Source: a virus
Taxonomy: Duplodnaviria; Caudoviricetes
Virus record (IMG/VR): IMGVR_UViG_3300045902_000486
Location: 1-28,219 of that record
Reading direction: 5' to 3' (one strand)
DNA length: 28,219 nt
The notes beneath the pieces were generated by a model that had not been told where the DNA came from, searched no databases, and saw only the letters and a program-made list of their open reading frames with translations. The position numbers were made by a program, and so were the translations under genes. Of the stretch, positions 1-7,140 are shown piece by piece (the stretch's first letter is position 1; every line of letters begins with the position of its first letter).

Positions 1-21
1 AATGAAACCTTTGTTGATTAA
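1..21 (+). CDS. 3' end of an upstream CDS (…NETFVD*), possibly the major capsid gene
   Basis: Open frame AAT GAA ACC TTT GTT GAT TAA followed by a strong hairpin; product inferred from position only. Confidence 0.3.
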   Translation, partial: NETFVD

Positions 22-30
22 TTAACCTAT

Positions 31-59
31 GCCCCGCGGTAGCAATACTGCGGGGCTTT
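31..59 (+). terminator. GC-rich hairpin with GCAA tetraloop and short U tract (partial terminator or mRNA stabiliser)
   Basis: GCCCCGCGGTA-GCAA-TACTGCGGGGC-TTT. Confidence 0.65.
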
Positions 60-75
60 AATACTCAAAACAAAT

Positions 76-387
76 ATGCCATTGCACGTAATACTTGGGC
101 CGAAAGTTAAGTCGGCCAAAAAAGGTAAAAAGCCTGTAGCTGCTGCAGGTGATGTTTTCGAAGCTGAAGCCAATCTCATCATTGAGGGTGAAAACAAAGG
201 CACCGGTAAGGTGCTGGTGAAAGATGAGGGCGAAGGCAAAGCCAGTTTGATAGTAGCCAACGAGTTGGCTACATCTGTTCTGATGGGTAAGCCTGTATCG
301 GTATATGGTGGCAACACTATAGCTGATTACGATGGCGAACTGGAAGAAGGCGTAGAGCTTACTTTCAGCAAATTCTCATTCAAATAA
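76..387 (+). CDS. Hypothetical phage protein, possibly virion/head-associated
   Basis: 103 aa ORF with A-rich leader in the structural region; no recognised motif. Confidence 0.65.
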   Translation: MPLHVILGPKVKSAKKGKKPVAAAGDVFEAEANLIIEGENKGTGKVLVKDEGEGKASLIVANELATSVLMGKPVSVYGGNTIADYDGELEEGVELTFSKFSFK

Positions 388-406
388 CAATTAATCGATC
401 AATACA

Positions 407-979
407 ATGAGAAACTATTTTTCACTCCCACGCAAGCGCGGAATGGACAACATGGGTGGCATGGCAGTAGAAGTACTGTTTGCACCGCTTGATTATTTCG
501 CTGTAATTAAGAAACTGAAAACCACAACCGCACCTGGCGACAGTGTGACTATTGATGGTTCGCACACCTTTAAAGATGGCTATGGCTTTCATAAAGCATT
601 CGCCACTATTGAAAGTGTAAAGAAAATGCTGGAAAGCCAGGGCGAAATTGCCGGCCGTAGCAAGAAAGCTAAAGCTGAATTTTTCTACCCGGGTACATCA
701 AAGGCAGCTGCTGAGTTTGACCGTCAGGCGCAAAATGATGAGTTCATCTTTTTATTTAAAGACCCTAACACTGGCAAACGTTTGCAGCTGGGTAGCGAAG
801 ATTATCCCGCTATTGTAAGTGCAAACTATGATAGTGCCACACCGGCATCTGGCCGTAAAGGTTTTGCATTTACTGCAGAAGCTAACCAACTGGGTATGCA
901 GTTTTATGAGGGCGACATTGAACTAGCGCCTGAATATGGCAGCTCTGGTGCTGAAGATGAAAGCACTTACGTAGACTAG
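407..979 (+). CDS. Probable major tail (tube) protein
   Basis: 190 aa beta-rich protein resembling conserved Bacteroidota prophage structural proteins (NMGG…, FLFKD…G…LQLGSEDYPA); followed by a terminator; tube function is inferred. Confidence 0.55.
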   Translation: MRNYFSLPRKRGMDNMGGMAVEVLFAPLDYFAVIKKLKTTTAPGDSVTIDGSHTFKDGYGFHKAFATIESVKKMLESQGEIAGRSKKAKAEFFYPGTSKAAAEFDRQAQNDEFIFLFKDPNTGKRLQLGSEDYPAIVSANYDSATPASGRKGFAFTAEANQLGMQFYEGDIELAPEYGSSGAEDESTYVD

Positions 980-1013
980 TTGTAGCTAGGTTTTTTCATA
1001 TGTTAATGTTGGT

Positions 1014-1045
1014 AAGGGGCCGCTTATGCGGCCTTTTACTTTTTT
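1014..1045 (+). terminator. Rho-independent terminator
   Basis: AAGGGGCCGC-TTAT-GCGGCCTTTT followed by ACTTTTTT. Confidence 0.8.
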
Positions 1046-1049
1046 ATGG

Positions 1050-1057
1050 TATGTTTG
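1050..1057 (+). promoter_or_regulatory. Bacteroidota sigma-A -7 element
   Basis: TATGTTTG matches TAnnTTTG, directly upstream of a structured leader. Confidence 0.6.
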
Positions 1058-1100
1058 CATTGCTGTATTTCCCGATGATCCTGGTGTATTAAAATCATAC

Positions 1101-1169
1101 GTCAGGGTGGCCGTGTGGGTAACCTTCGGCATATTCTCCCATTGGGAAATACAGCACACCCTGACACCA
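1101..1169 (+). ncRNA. CI/C4-like antisense RNA candidate (three-way junction with 3' ACCA)
   Basis: 9-bp stalk GTCAGGGTG/CACCCTGAC followed by ACCA; GCCG…GG-GTAA-CC…CGGC stem-loop; TATT(C)TCCC-ATT-GGGAAATA stem-loop; 1140-1156 is complementary to the leader at 1061-1077. Confidence 0.6.
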
Positions 1170-1181
1170 TATTTTACGTGT

Positions 1182-1448
1182 ATGAGTACAACACCGGAAT
1201 CTGTTACATATGCCTATGAGCGCATAGTTGCTAGACATTTCATGCCTTGTTTTGATATTAAGGATAGTGATGAGCTGCTGAGTACTGAGCAGCTCAAGCA
1301 AATGTTTTTGAACATGGTGCCGGATTCGGAGCAAATAACCGATGCTGCTGTTTTTAATGAAATGGTGAAAGGCGGTTTTGAAATGTATAGCAAAGATGGC
1401 ATGAGCTTGTGGATGCTGCGCAAATCGAGTGTGTCCTTTAAAGGGTAA
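1182..1448 (+). CDS. Small hypothetical protein, possible winged-helix (88 aa)
   Basis: ATG at 1182 downstream of the structured RNA; LLSTEQLKQMF…VFNEMVKGGF pattern is wHTH-like; the ORF-track start at 1026 lies inside a terminator. Confidence 0.65.
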   Translation: MSTTPESVTYAYERIVARHFMPCFDIKDSDELLSTEQLKQMFLNMVPDSEQITDAAVFNEMVKGGFEMYSKDGMSLWMLRKSSVSFKG

Positions 1449-1467
1449 GAGGTTATTGGCATTTTTG
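1432..1467 (+). promoter_or_regulatory. Putative phage late promoter, copy 1
   Basis: TGTCCTTTA-N18-GCATTTTTG. Confidence 0.55.
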
Positions 1468-1496
1468 ATTTCCTTTTATTCACTAAGCGAAAATTT

Positions 1497-1868
1497 ATGC
1501 GCAAATTTTTATCATTACTTGCTTTTGCCCTAGGGGTAGTAGCGGTACACAGTTGTCCGGTTGCTGTGCCAATTGAATCGGAACGTAACGTTATCGTGCT
1601 GGATGCACCGAAAATGGACATGGTTGATATTATTAAACTGTCGTGCGTAAACGCGCAGGTTGATTATGTTATATCACCCATTGATGATTCCTGGTGTGGC
1701 ATACTGGCGATTAAAAATGATACTACAGCCGAATTGCCTTCGAATGAATTTAAACATTACATGTGGGGTAAGCCCATTGCTAGGCATGGTATGAAATACT
1801 CTCGTTATGAATCGAGGCCACCTAACAATCTTACTCATGGTGTGTTTGTGTATCAACGATTATGCTAA
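1497..1868 (+). CDS. Hypothetical exported protein or lipoprotein
   Basis: N-terminal MRKFLSLLAFALGVVAVHSC signal peptide with a lipobox-like Cys. Confidence 0.6.
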   Translation: MRKFLSLLAFALGVVAVHSCPVAVPIESERNVIVLDAPKMDMVDIIKLSCVNAQVDYVISPIDDSWCGILAIKNDTTAELPSNEFKHYMWGKPIARHGMKYSRYESRPPNNLTHGVFVYQRLC

Positions 1869-1885
1869 TTTTTATTTAGGTAAAT

Positions 1886-1912
1886 AAAAAGCCCCAGTAA
1901 TGGGGCTTTTTT
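1886..1912 (+). terminator. Rho-independent (bidirectional-type) terminator
   Basis: AAAAAGCCCCA-GTAA-TGGGGCTTTTTT. Confidence 0.85.
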
Positions 1913-1914
1913 GT

Positions 1915-1950
1915 TGTCCTTTAATGGCAATTGCCACAGTGCGAAATTGC
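1915..1950 (+). promoter_or_regulatory. Putative phage late promoter, copy 2
   Basis: TGTCCTTTA-N18-CGAAATTGC, ATG at 1955. Confidence 0.6.
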
Positions 1951-1954
1951 AGGT

Positions 1955-2317
1955 ATGATTAATAACAGTGGCATTTGGGATGTAGAAGAGGCCAAGAAAG
2001 GTCATTTCCATTCATTAGAACTGGCTCGTAAGCTTGAAAGAGTTTTTACAAAGCGTATGCCGGTTCTCGATTTAGGTTGTGGTTTGGGTTTTTATGCTCA
2101 TCACTTATCAAGTAAGGGCTTTAGTGTTACTGCCTATGAAGGTACGGAGGGTATTCACGAAATTTCCATTTTTAAGCAAATCATTACACATGATTTGACT
2201 GAGCCACTACCAGACAGTATTAAGGGGCAGGTGTTGTGTATGGAGGTCGGTGAGCATATCCCTAAGGCTAATGAACAGCAGTTTATTGATAACATTACGG
2301 CTGTTGATAAGTTATGA
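1955..2317 (+). CDS. Class I SAM-dependent methyltransferase, apparently C-terminally truncated
   Basis: Motif I VLDLGCGLG, YEGT, HDLT and CMEVGEHIP; only ~120 aa, ending after FIDNIT; ATG 1955 preferred over TTG 1931. Confidence 0.8.
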   Translation: MINNSGIWDVEEAKKGHFHSLELARKLERVFTKRMPVLDLGCGLGFYAHHLSSKGFSVTAYEGTEGIHEISIFKQIITHDLTEPLPDSIKGQVLCMEVGEHIPKANEQQFIDNITAVDKL

Positions 2318-2940
2318 GCCTGCTAAAATTAGGTTTCGATAAAGTGTATTGCCTTAACCTTACGCGCAGATTGGATAGGCGTAAACATGCGGAGGCACAG
2401 TTTGAAAAAGTAAACCTAAAAGTTGATTTTTTCCCGGCAATAGATGCACGTGAGTTAGGCATAAAGTGCGATAACGAAAGATTGACATATGGTATGGTAG
2501 GATGCTACTTGAGCCATTATATGATACTGCAGGAAGCTTTACGAATGGGGTATGAAAGGATATTGATATTTGAGGATGACCTTACATTTATAACTGGTTT
2601 CAATGGCTTAATGAACCACGCAGTGCCTATTGTTCCTGATGATTGGGAATTCCTTTACTTAGGTTATAGCTACGCAAATGTGTATGAGAAGTATCGTAAA
2701 ACAGAAATTCCTGTTAATGAATATTGGGTTATTCCCGGTCACAATTGGGGCACGCAATGCTATGCTATAAATGGGCGAAATACTATTATTAAATTACTGG
2801 ATGGGCTGAAAAAAATAAATGACCAGGTAGATGTTCAACTCACATTTAAAGTGCTGAAACAGAAGTGTATTAAATTTTACGCTATTAAGCCCTGTGCTGT
2901 TGGTCAACTCAAAGACCGTTCTGATGTACAGACTAGATGA
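2314..2940 (+). CDS. Glycosyltransferase family 25
   Basis: YCLNLTRRLDRR, FPAID, GMVGCYLSH, ILIFEDD, LYLG and GTQCYAI motifs typical of GT25 (Lex2B/LgtB-like). Confidence 0.9.
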   Translation: MSLLKLGFDKVYCLNLTRRLDRRKHAEAQFEKVNLKVDFFPAIDARELGIKCDNERLTYGMVGCYLSHYMILQEALRMGYERILIFEDDLTFITGFNGLMNHAVPIVPDDWEFLYLGYSYANVYEKYRKTEIPVNEYWVIPGHNWGTQCYAINGRNTIIKLLDGLKKINDQVDVQLTFKVLKQKCIKFYAIKPCAVGQLKDRSDVQTR

Positions 2941-3626
2941 AATTAAGCGATAAAATACATTGCCTTACTTATAAAGATGCCGTATTGTTTTACGAAAAAT
3001 ACCACGGATTAGGATCCTGGTCGCGTAAAACTCGTTATGACCGTTCAAACGAAACAGTGTTGCTCAATAAGGCCAAGCTATGCCTGCACCGGTTGTTAAG
3101 AAATGGCATTGATGTGATTCTTGATGATATAGATAAGCCGGTGATTATTGCCCCGGTCAAAACGACAAAACAAGTCGTTGAAAAGAAAGAATTGCCAAAC
3201 GAGGCATTACTATCCCTTGACAGCAATGAACTACACGAGAAAAAACAGATTGCATCAAGCTTATACAAGGCTGCAGGTGCAGCCAGAGCTGTTACCAATA
3301 GCACAGACCCGGAAATGAGGCGTACGGCTTGCCTGTTTATCATCCGCGCAATGAAACGCAACCGCGAGCTGTGGGATGATATAAACTACTATGAGCAACA
3401 CGGGCGGTGGCCGGAAACAAATATGGTAGGCATAAGCGAAGATATTGCTCAGATGAGTGTGCCGGAGCTTATTCAGAAACAGAAAAACCTGCGCCCATGG
3501 CTTAGCAAAGAGAAAAAAAAGATTGACCAGGAAAGCGACCCAGTAAAAAAGGCACAACGGCAGTCGAATTATGATGCTCAGCGGCATGTGCTGGTTCAGG
3601 TAGAAGCAAGATTGAATGAATTATGA
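2937..3626 (+). CDS. Hypothetical helical phage protein upstream of terminase
   Basis: 229 aa, ATGA-coupled to the GT25 gene; coiled-coil C-terminus. Confidence 0.75.
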   Translation: MKLSDKIHCLTYKDAVLFYEKYHGLGSWSRKTRYDRSNETVLLNKAKLCLHRLLRNGIDVILDDIDKPVIIAPVKTTKQVVEKKELPNEALLSLDSNELHEKKQIASSLYKAAGAARAVTNSTDPEMRRTACLFIIRAMKRNRELWDDINYYEQHGRWPETNMVGISEDIAQMSVPELIQKQKNLRPWLSKEKKKIDQESDPVKKAQRQSNYDAQRHVLVQVEARLNEL

Positions 3627-3706
3627 GCCTGCTTAAAGTATCGGAGATAAAGGTAGCGGACCGGCTCAAACTTTGGCTTATCGCATTATGCGAAGAACCA
3701 AAGTGA
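3623..3706 (+). CDS. 27-aa coupled mini-ORF (MSLLKVSEIKVADRLKLWLIALCEEPK), possible gene remnant
   Basis: ATGA overlap with the preceding stop; fills the gap before terS. Confidence 0.35.
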   Translation: MSLLKVSEIKVADRLKLWLIALCEEPK

Positions 3707-3724
3707 ATGATTTATTAGATTTTT

Positions 3725-4330
3725 ATGGGTGATTATACACTATTTGATAAGCTGCTGAAATGGGTGAGCACACCCGAAAAACGCAGGGGCGAACTTGACT
3801 TATCGCCAACCGATCAGGATTTACTGGTGCGGTATAAATTTATTGATGACCAGTTTCGCAGACACAGGCCAGCGTTAAGCAAACGCCAGATCATTACCAT
3901 TTACTGCGACAGGTTTAATGTGAGTGAACGCCAGGCGTATTATGATATAAAGGAAACGCAGAAACTGTACGGTACCATGTTTAAAGATGATAAGGATTAC
4001 ATGAAAACCGTGCAGGTGGAATGGTATAAGCAGCTTCGTTCAATAGCTGAACAAGATGGCGATTATATGTCGGCTGTAGCAGCCAGTAAGCATATAGATT
4101 TGTTGCTAGGTTTATTAAAAGATGATGAAACTGGTGGCATCGTGCTTCCATCTACCATTCAAATCGTAATAAAGGGCAACGAATCAAATAAAACTTTGAA
4201 TATGGATGCGTTGCAAAAGCTTCCTGAATCAGAGTTTGAACAAATACTTGATGATAATAGCAGCTCGCTGCCGGATCCGGAGCAAATAAAATCTCAGTTG
4301 GATGAACTTGATGTGAGCGATGATGAGTGA
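3725..4330 (+). CDS. terS: Terminase small subunit (putative)
   Basis: HTH-like RQIITIYCDRFNVSERQAYYDI, helical oligomerisation region, overlaps the start of terL. Confidence 0.7.
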   Translation: MGDYTLFDKLLKWVSTPEKRRGELDLSPTDQDLLVRYKFIDDQFRRHRPALSKRQIITIYCDRFNVSERQAYYDIKETQKLYGTMFKDDKDYMKTVQVEWYKQLRSIAEQDGDYMSAVAASKHIDLLLGLLKDDETGGIVLPSTIQIVIKGNESNKTLNMDALQKLPESEFEQILDDNSSSLPDPEQIKSQLDELDVSDDE

Positions 4331-5990
4331 AAACGATATTGACATATCTGAAATAACGTACAACAAACCGCAACAAAACTTTATGCTGCATTTGTGGCGT
4401 GGTGCGATAAAAAAAGCTAATAACATCTGGGGGCGTGCTACGGGTAAGAGTACGGTTATTGCTGTACTGATTGATATGATTGTGCGAACCATGCCAAGGG
4501 CTACGTGGAGTATTCAAGGAGCCACATTTCAACAATTGCTTACTTTAACGCTTCCCGGTACTTTTGAGGGTTTAGAAAAGTTAGGTTATCGAAAGGATGT
4601 AAATTACTTTATCCGTAAACGACCTGATGGTGTGAATATGCCTTATTGGACACCTTTCAAGTTTGATAACTTCATCACATTTGTAAGGCCTGATAGAAAT
4701 TGCGTGGGTTTTGCTTTGCTAAGTCAGGATAGGGAAGGCTCTGCACGTGGGCCTTCGTTTGATGGCAATATAACCGATGAATCATTAACTATCGATTACG
4801 AGCGTTATGCCCGTGAAACCAAAGCTACAAATCGGGGTCATGAAGAGTATTTCAAAAAGCATCCGCTGCATCACGCTGAGTTTCATTTTTCATCAATGCC
4901 ATTCGGTGCTGATGGTCAATGGTTGTTAAAGCCATCCCATTACTACGAAGATGAGGGTTATGATTTTAGAGCATTGCGTAACCGCATGATAGATCTACAG
5001 CTGCAGTTTATAAAAGAACGAGATAAAAAAACAAAGCTCGAAATATATGGACTGATACTTCAGCTAGATAAAAAGCTTAGGAGCTTTCCATCTAAAAACG
5101 GTTTCTACTATTCTGAAGCAAACGCATTTGATAACCTCACCAATCTTTCATTAAGATATATACACGACCTGCACGATGGCATGACAGAAACTATGTTTCT
5201 GATTGAGGTTTTAAATAAGCATATTAATAAAATTGACGGTGGTTTTTACTCTAGTCTTGACCGGGTTAAGCATGGTTATAAAGGCTCATTCAATTATTCG
5301 TTCCTTGATAGCCTCGATTTCGATTTATCAAAAATAAAGTCTTTAGATAGCCGACAAGATAAAGACTGTATTGATAACTTACCGCTCGATATTGGTATGG
5401 ATTTCGGGGTGCACATAAATTGGTTAGTAGTAGCCCAGGAACTAAAATCTATTAACCGCATAAACTTCATTAAGAATTTCTATGTGAAAGCTCCGAAAAT
5501 TGTTGACCATGTTGTGTTGGATTTCTGTGAATATTATAAGCATCACAAAAAGAAAGAGGTTAACCTTTGGCCCGATGCACAGGGAAATGTGAAACAGATA
5601 AACAGTACGCAGGCATTAACCGACCAAGTGGTGAAGATACTGCGTGATAATGGATGGATAGTGCATGTGAAGAATAGGGGCAAGCGCAACCCAAGCCACA
5701 ACGATAAGTATCTCCTATGGGCATTGCTATTGCTTAGGCGAGATAAGATATTCCCTGAGGTAGGATTTAATCTTATCAATTGTAAAGAGTTAATAGTATC
5801 GATGGAGTTAGCACCAGCCATTGATGATGGTAGAGCAGGTATAAGAAAGAACAAATCATCAGAGAAACTATTCAAACAAAATCGAGAGGAAGCAACTGAC
5901 GGAAGCGATGCAGCAGACCAGATAGTATTTGGTAAGTATGCAAATCTGTTGAAGTATAAGCGAGCATTACCATTCCTTACTAATCTTTAG
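4320..5990 (+). CDS. terL: Terminase large subunit
   Basis: Walker A GRATGKST, Walker B ITDES, RNase H-like nuclease IGMDFG…WPDAQG…DGSDAAD. Confidence 0.9.
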   Translation: MMSENDIDISEITYNKPQQNFMLHLWRGAIKKANNIWGRATGKSTVIAVLIDMIVRTMPRATWSIQGATFQQLLTLTLPGTFEGLEKLGYRKDVNYFIRKRPDGVNMPYWTPFKFDNFITFVRPDRNCVGFALLSQDREGSARGPSFDGNITDESLTIDYERYARETKATNRGHEEYFKKHPLHHAEFHFSSMPFGADGQWLLKPSHYYEDEGYDFRALRNRMIDLQLQFIKERDKKTKLEIYGLILQLDKKLRSFPSKNGFYYSEANAFDNLTNLSLRYIHDLHDGMTETMFLIEVLNKHINKIDGGFYSSLDRVKHGYKGSFNYSFLDSLDFDLSKIKSLDSRQDKDCIDNLPLDIGMDFGVHINWLVVAQELKSINRINFIKNFYVKAPKIVDHVVLDFCEYYKHHKKKEVNLWPDAQGNVKQINSTQALTDQVVKILRDNGWIVHVKNRGKRNPSHNDKYLLWALLLLRRDKIFPEVGFNLINCKELIVSMELAPAIDDGRAGIRKNKSSEKLFKQNREEATDGSDAADQIVFGKYANLLKYKRALPFLTNL

Positions 5991-6052
5991 GGCGCATACC
6001 TTCGGTACCGGGCTTTACGCGCTACACGGTAGCTAGCTTCAATCCCTTGCGC
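5990..6052 (+). ncRNA. Flavo-1-like structured RNA or repeat element
   Basis: GGGCGCA…CGGGCTTT…GCTTCAATCCCTTGCGC resembles the Bacteroidota Flavo-1 motif as recalled; GCGCA/TGCGC, GGG/CCC and GCTAC/GTAGC pairings. Confidence 0.5.
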
Positions 6053-6054
6053 AC

Positions 6055-6445
6055 GCTTACCATTCAAAGCATACAATGCATTGAAAGGTAAGCTATAATG
6101 TGGATGAGTGCATTGTTACTCATGCACACATCCTTGTGTGGCATTAAGTCGCCTATTCTCTACGTTCATATGTTCGCACGCCTAAGGCAAAGCTCACTCA
6201 TTCACTCGTTCACATGCGACACAATGCCACACCGATATAGGCGTGAACACTTGTGCCAAGAGTTCACAATATAGGGGCGGCCTATGTGTATCCCACGCCA
6301 AACCAGCCACACATAGGGGCGCAGCCCGCAGGGCTGCCGTTTCAGATTTCGAAAAAAACGGAACGGAAATTCCATTTTTTTGGATAGGCGACGCGGTGAG
6401 AAGTTGACACTTGGTTGCAACCTTTTTCAAAAAAGGTGCAGCCAA
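6055..6445. repeat. Chain of inverted repeats in a non-coding tract
   Basis: Hairpins at 6055-6093 (GCTTACC…GGTAAGC), ATGAGT/ACTCAT, GTTCAC/GTGAAC, ATAGG/CCTAT, GCAGCCC/GGGCTGC and 6411-6445. Confidence 0.7.
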
Positions 6446-6596
6446 AAACCTAAAAAACAAATAATTGCATTTCAATCATTTGCAGCTGTAAATGCCATGA
6501 TATCAATATATTATAAATGTTTGATAATCAGATTAATAAAATTGAATAATTTAATACAAAATCAGCGTAAAGCCTTGTAAATACAAGGTGTTTGAC

Positions 6597-6604
6597 TATC
6601 TTTA
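6597..6604 (+). promoter_or_regulatory. Probable -7 promoter element (variant)
   Basis: TATCTTTA, one mismatch to TAnnTTTG, ~25 nt upstream of ATG 6629. Confidence 0.5.
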
Positions 6605-6628
6605 CAATGCCGTTAAAAATTTAACAAC

Positions 6629-7045
6629 ATGACAACAAAAAACAATGGCTCTGCAACTCAAGGAGTGGCAACCAAAACAGAAACAAAAACTGCACAAGTT
6701 GAAAAAAGCACAACTACCATTGCGCCTGATGGTGGAGCAGTTGAAGCAAAACTTGACAAAAGCAAAACGCAAGTTTTGACAGTTGCCGACCGCATCGCAC
6801 GGAATGAGCAATTAAACAGCCTTGTAGACAAACATGCTACTTACAAGGAAACCCAACAGAAAATTGAAAGCTTTGCCATTGGCAGTGATGAACACAGCCA
6901 AAGTTTGCAGTTAAAAGACAGCAAAGGCAACACATTCACAACCGCCCACCCTGCTATTTTAAAGCCTGTACTGGCTTTAATTCGTGAGCAGGTTAAACAA
7001 CAGGTCGGAGTTATCGAATCTGAAATTCTTGATTTTGTAATCTAA
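6629..7045 (+). CDS. Hypothetical protein (low-complexity T/K-rich N-terminus, helical C-terminus)
   Basis: 138 aa ORF with promoter and A-rich leader. Confidence 0.8.
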   Translation: MTTKNNGSATQGVATKTETKTAQVEKSTTTIAPDGGAVEAKLDKSKTQVLTVADRIARNEQLNSLVDKHATYKETQQKIESFAIGSDEHSQSLQLKDSKGNTFTTAHPAILKPVLALIREQVKQQVGVIESEILDFVI

Positions 7046-7052
7046 ACAGGCT

Positions 7053-7106
7053 AACAACACAACAGCCCGAAAGCATACGCAATCGGGCTGTATATGTGTT
7101 GTTTTT
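7053..7106 (+). terminator. Long intergenic hairpin (attenuator, terminator or RNase III site)
   Basis: AACAACACA-ACAGCCCGA…TCGGGCTGT-ATA-TGTGTTGTT followed by TTT. Confidence 0.6.
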
Positions 7107-7140
7107 AATGCCGTTAAAAACTAACAAGGGAGACAAAAAT

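Noticed and set aside
1101-1169. Possible tRNA, given the stalk plus ACCA
   Set aside because: Only two internal stem-loops, no T-loop or D-loop consensus and no 7-nt anticodon loop
1026-1181. N-terminal extension of the 140-aa ORF from the ORF track
   Set aside because: The start lies inside a terminator and the extension spans a promoter and structured RNA; ATG 1182 fits better
6194-6580. Short ORFs 6194-6475(-), 6202-6420(-) and 6380-6580(+)
   Set aside because: Atypical composition, no motifs, and they overlap palindromes; treated as non-coding
5990-6600. CRISPR mini-array in the long intergenic region
   Set aside because: No regularly spaced direct repeats of 25-45 bp; the repeats are inverted and heterogeneous
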